Both the position numbers and the translations under genes were made by a program. A stretch of 64,000 nucleotides of DNA. Origin: Octopus sinensis. Its lineage: Eukaryota. Of the stretch, positions 52,201 through 64,000 are shown one piece after another (position 1 is the stretch's first letter; every line of letters begins with the position of its first letter). The notes under the pieces were generated by a model. It saw nothing but the letters and a program-made list of their open reading frames with translations. It made no database searches and was not told the DNA's origin. Location: NCBI RefSeq assembly GCF_006345805.1, contig NC_043013.1, positions 17,360,001 to 17,424,000 of the forward strand, read 5' to 3'.

Positions 52201-53863
52201 CTTGAATGATCTCCAAGACGATGGGAAGATGACGTGGTCAAATAATGAGGGGTCAAAGAGAAGAGAAGGGTCTAATCAAAGGAAGAATGGAAAGACATTG
52301 AGTAATGTATAAAGGCATCTAATAGTTAAGTTAGCAAAATATTCAGATTTTTCACCTCACTACATTAAGAATGTTAGAAGTATTTGTTTTCATGCAGAAA
52401 GTGAGCGTAGGCATCCTTCTCCTACATCCCAATAATCAATTAATTTCAGTAAATATATATCGATTAGATTTAGGCGAGTTCAAGTGGCATTTCTAACAAC
52501 AGGCCATCCTGTTCTGAGTCTAAGAGGGCCTGATCACACTAGCTGTTTCCTTTTTTTTTCTTTTCTTTTTCCCTTGTAATTACTTTGATATTCATTTCAC
52601 GGTTGATGAAACTGTGTCAGAGCTTTTACAGTCCATGGTCCCCCCTTTTCACACTGGAGCATATATAGAGAACAGAGATTCAGCGTGAATTGTTGCCGGT
52701 TGTTTTGGTGGTTGCGTTATTGTTTAACCCCTGGCCAATTTCCATCAATAAGCGTATAATTAAAGACGTTCCTGCTGGGACCACTATGTCTTATTTATTT
52801 TCAGACATTGTACAATTTAGGACTACATTATCCAGTGTTTCTTTCTGTTGCTTATAAGTACTGGAGAATTGACTGTTATTTCTAGTGAATCGAGTTGCCG
52901 CGTAGTCTTCTCTCATCTCGTTTTTTTTTTAAAGTAGACGACTTTTATTTGAGGGAAAATAGGCTGTTATTTCTAGGTGGGTCGAAGCACCTTTGTTAGT
53001 TTTACAATTTAGTTGCGTTGTAGACCAAATATTAGAAAATAACCGACAATAAGAAAGAAATGAGAAAACAGGAAAGAGAGAAGCAAGAAGTATATTTTTA
53101 TAGAATAATGAAACAGTGTTATAACAATAATAACGTTAGCAAAAAATGTCATTAGTCACCAAGAATTCTCGTGATTTAAATCATTATGCGGTCGCTCGAT
53201 GTGACAGAAACAACAGCCAAATACCCCCAGACTGCGTCCTACCATCTCCAATGAAAAATGGAAAAAAAAAAAAAAAAAAGATGCAACGGAAAACATTATC
53301 TCTGGTATAATAGTCAGGATGCTCATAAAATACATTGTTTGTGATCTTAGTTTTGCTGGACTGAGAATTGACCCAGGGCTAAACAACCAGAAAATGACCC
53401 GGAGACGAATTTAAGATAATAACGACACAAACAAGAATAAATCCGATCCATTTGAATGGCAATTATTAAAGATTGCAAAAAGACTGAAGGTGTATTTTTG
53501 GGAGAAAACATCTGCTTAAACAGACAGAAAACTTGCCTCCAGGGATATGTAATAAAAGCTGTGTATTATATATTGTTAGAGTAATTCTTGCTGTGATCCT
53601 TAACTGGGGGTTATTTTTTATTGTATTGCAAGTAAGTCAGTGGTTGAAAGAACGGTGGGGGAGGAGGACGAATAATAGTACGAACCTTTGAAAAAAAGAA
53701 AACAGGTGATTGAGGAGGGAAAACCATTTCGAAAAAAATCGCACACAGTTTATACACACACATACATGCATAAACACGCATACACACCTATCAATCTATC
53801 TATATCTATCTATATATACATATATACATGCGCGCACGCACACACACACAAGCACATATATGT

Positions 53864-53903
<40 letters not shown>

Positions 53904-54211
53904 GCATGCACATACATACTTGCATTTTAAGTGTTAATAACAGAACACATGTAGTTATTAACACTTACAATTAGCCACACACACACACACATAGAGACCA
54001 AAACACACACACACACCACAATACGGTAACACACACACATCAATCACACACATACACAAACACACATTACACTAACACCAATTAACAAACACAGAATTAA
54101 TAAAACACACACACACACAGTTAGCAACAGTCGACTGTTTCAAAGGATACTTTGCATCCTCTTCATGAGTAAAGTTTTACCAACTCCGGGTGGTCCAATT
54201 AATAAACACAT
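46111..54211 (-). CDS. ARL16: ADP-ribosylation factor-like GTPase 16; complement(join(46111..46279,47259..47374,49133..49252,50665..50723,54151..54211)), 174 aa
   Basis: Translation MCLLIGPPGVGKTLLMKRMQ-NCTSKGTFENLHEIPATIPT-VGTNMVSVLLSKKIDIVIRELGGCMGPIWHSYFRDTEYLM-YMIDLNNRQQISAACIQLL...LLNKI-DMATIMSRPEF...HEISAWNGKGLEEILRWLQANYKPR*. It has a P-loop, PTVGTN, the ARL16-typical RELGGCMGPIW, NKID and ISA motifs. Confidence 0.93.
46770..46932 (+). mobile_element. Family A 3' end in ARL16 intron 4
   Basis: Family core plus GAT tail. Confidence 0.8.
47259..47374 (-). CDS. ARL16: ARL16 coding exon 4 (YMIDLNN...LLNK)
   Basis: tttcAG acceptor, AT|GTAAGT donor; 116 nt. Confidence 0.95.
47878..48720 (-). 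mobile_element. CR1-clade LINE 3' fragment in ARL16 intron 3; 3'UTR-only copies at ~7341-7420 and ~52025-52180
   Basis: YIAMVRPHLEFAPPVWNPY...LETVQQRATKRIP...YSERLTSLG...RR; (ATT)n tail with a shared GAAATTATTGTATACAGTGCTCAGG. Confidence 0.88.
49133..49252 (-). CDS. ARL16: ARL16 coding exon 3 (VGTNM...EYLM)
   Basis: ttcctAG acceptor, ATG|GTATGT donor; 120 nt; contains RELGGCMGPIW. Confidence 0.95.
50413..50587. mobile_element. MITE-like element with 26 bp perfect inverted repeats; relatives at ~11390-11560 and ~42718-42780
   Basis: GTGTCTGGGGAGAGTCATTTTCTTTT at 50413-50438 and its reverse complement at 50562-50587; inner IR CTCACCGGTAAAA. Confidence 0.75.
50665..50723 (-). CDS. ARL16: ARL16 coding exon 2 ((N)CTSKGTFENLHEIPATIPT); the 5' boundary assumes a TG acceptor
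   Basis: Ends ACA|GTAAGA in phase 0 into VGTN; preceded by the U12 branch site TTCCTTAAT. The acceptor position is inferred from reading frame. Confidence 0.8.
50724..54150 (-). other. U12-type (minor spliceosome) intron 1 of ARL16, 3427 nt
   Basis: 5' splice site GTATCCTTT at 54150-54142; branch site TTCCTTAAT at 50740-50732; no polypyrimidine tract. Confidence 0.88.
54151..54211 (-). CDS. ARL16: ARL16 coding exon 1 (MCLLIGPPGVGKTLLMKRMQ + 1 nt)
   Basis: ATG at 54211; GxxGVGKT P-loop; followed by the U12-type donor GTATCCTTT. Confidence 0.92.
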
Positions 54212-55005
54212 GTTGATCAATGTTAATCAGGCGACAACGTAAAGAAATGTGATGAAATGGATTCATGAAGAGATATTTGTTCGTTTGGATTTCTTTTCTT
54301 TTTTTTTTCTTTCTTTCTTTTATCTCTCCCCCGAAAAAGCAGACCGCTTTTATTTCATCATTCTTTGAGGACGGCAGCGACAACAACAACAACAACAACG
54401 GCGACGATACCAACAATTGTTTTCCTTCCCTCCCTACTTCCCTTCTTAGACTCACCCTCCCACTTCTTTAACACTCACTCCTCTTTCTACTCCTCCTCTA
54501 GTCACATTACTTATCTACGCCCCTTACGATACGGACAAATACAAAAACAAAAATAACTAAAAAAACATAATATAAAAAAATATATTCTAACACTGTGTTT
54601 ATACCATAGTACACATACATAGACATACATGAATAATTTATTGGACATATTTCTCCTAAAATTTTATTCAATATATATCATTTTATTATTTGATAAATAT
54701 CTCGGTTAATTCGACAGTATTATTTTCTGTCGCTCTCTCCCTGCACCACCCCCATCAGAATCTCATTACTGCTTCTTTTCTAATGACGTAAGAAACACGC
54801 CATCTTGACTCAGTGGCGAAGCCAACATTCGTAGCAGATGATCTCCACTTAGTCATCCTTACCTTTGCCTTCTTCTATAAACATTACACACATTCACGTT
54901 TTGCTGCTGCCGTTTTTCCAACTCAAATTCGAAACTGAACGACCATCACACACATACATACACACAGCTCGTTCCTCTTCTTCGGATTCTAACATTGCTG
55001 ACAAT
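54212..55005. promoter_or_regulatory. Probable ARL16 promoter/5'UTR, possibly bidirectional
   Basis: Non-repetitive and CpG-retaining; lies directly upstream of the ARL16 ATG. Confidence 0.5.
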
Positions 55006-55149
55006 ATGTTCGGCCGGTTGTTATTATTTACTCTTGTTGTATGTATTCTAAAATTATTTTCCGAATTTTTTGGTTTCGGAGAGCAACTATGGATTTTACA
55101 AATCCTTGTTTATTTTATCGAGACATTTATTTCCTATTCCCATCCCTAA

Positions 55150-63152
<8,003 letters not shown>

Positions 63153-63519
63153 TTGTATATATTGTGAGAGGAAGAGGAGTGTCTCATTGATTTGTGTGTT
63201 ATATATATATTTTGGATAATCATCGGTGTCTATAAAGATCTTCACTCGTTAACAAAATACCCAGCGTGCTGGGCGTTAACAGCTGTGTAGAAACCTGGGT
63301 GGGGTGATCTGAATGAAAGCTTAATGATATGAGGTTTATGACAGACTAAAGGTCACTCTCTATTACTCTTTACTTGCTGAAGCACCATCTTTAGTCGGAC
63401 AAATGAACCCCAGGATTTATTCTTTGTAAGCCTAGTACTTATTCGAGGGTTTCTTTTTCCAAACACACCCCAAGCGATGATGGGGGGGACAAACACAGAC
63501 TCACCAACCACATAATCAA

Positions 63520-63705
63520 GCACACGTGTGTGTGTGTGTGTGGACGGCAGGTTTCTTTCAATTTCCGTCTTCCAAATCCACTCACAAGGCCTTGGTCGGC
63601 CCGAGACTATAGTAGAAGACACTTGCCCAAGGTGCCACGCGGTGGGATTGAACCCAGAACCATGTGGTTCGTAAGCAAGCTACTTACCACGCAGCCACTC
63701 CTGCG
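63520..63705 (-). mobile_element. tRNA-derived SINE (family D); other copies at ~10669-10850, 12490-12810, 19020-19200, 22800-22930 and 51040-51160
   Basis: Minus-strand head TGGTAAGTAGCT...GGTTCAATCCC, then GTGGCACCTTGGGCAAGTGTCTTCTACTATAG (CORE/V-domain-like). Confidence 0.8.
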
Positions 63706-64000
63706 CCTATTGTATATTTTTACCTACTTTGTTTTTTATTACGGCACACCAATGGACATACCGCCAAATTATCATGCCTGTTCGTTGCTGTGTGGATGTT
63801 ACTAGAATCATCTATGAAGCGAGTTCGTCTTTATAGTTACATCTGTGTGTTGGTTTTATTTTGTTTCTCTCCGAATTGGCATGTAGTAGCACTGAATATA
63901 TTTCTTACTCTATCACATCCGTAATACAGCTCTTTGTTTTGCATATCATTCATTAAAAGAGAACTGCGCTGTTTTCGGTTGATGTCAAATACCACTTTTG

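Noticed and set aside
55006-55149. HGS/Hrs first exon (ARL16 is head-to-head with HGS in human, from memory)
   Set aside because: MFGRLLLFTLV does not match the Hrs N-terminus (FxRLLDKATS), so conserved synteny is not supported.

Overview
AT-rich, repeat-dense animal genomic DNA. The repeat families and microsatellite load look like an octopus/coleoid cephalopod (inference, not verified). Two spliced genes can be reconstructed by hand. (1) A + strand, 9-coding-exon SLC22/MFS organic ion transporter (CDS 16418..30845; 1836 nt, 611 aa; all GT-AG introns, phases consistent). (2) A - strand, 5-exon ARL16 small GTPase (CDS 54211..46111; 525 nt, 174 aa) that the ORF track almost entirely misses. 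ARL16 intron 1 has a U12 (minor spliceosome) donor GTATCCTTT and branch site TTCCTTAAT, and it stays in frame only with a non-canonical TG acceptor. The remainder is mostly transposon debris: three or four tRNA-derived SINE families, RTE-type 3' ends with (GAT)n tails, fragments of Tx1/L1-, RTE-, CR1- and RLE-type LINEs, three Helitron families (one with a PIF1 helicase remnant), a Merlin-like transposase remnant, piggyBac-like TTAA MITEs, several foldback elements, and an ~8 kb TA/TG microsatellite field. There are no CRISPR arrays, rRNA genes or credible tRNA genes. Repeat boundaries are approximate unless a target-site duplication (TSD) or terminus is quoted.
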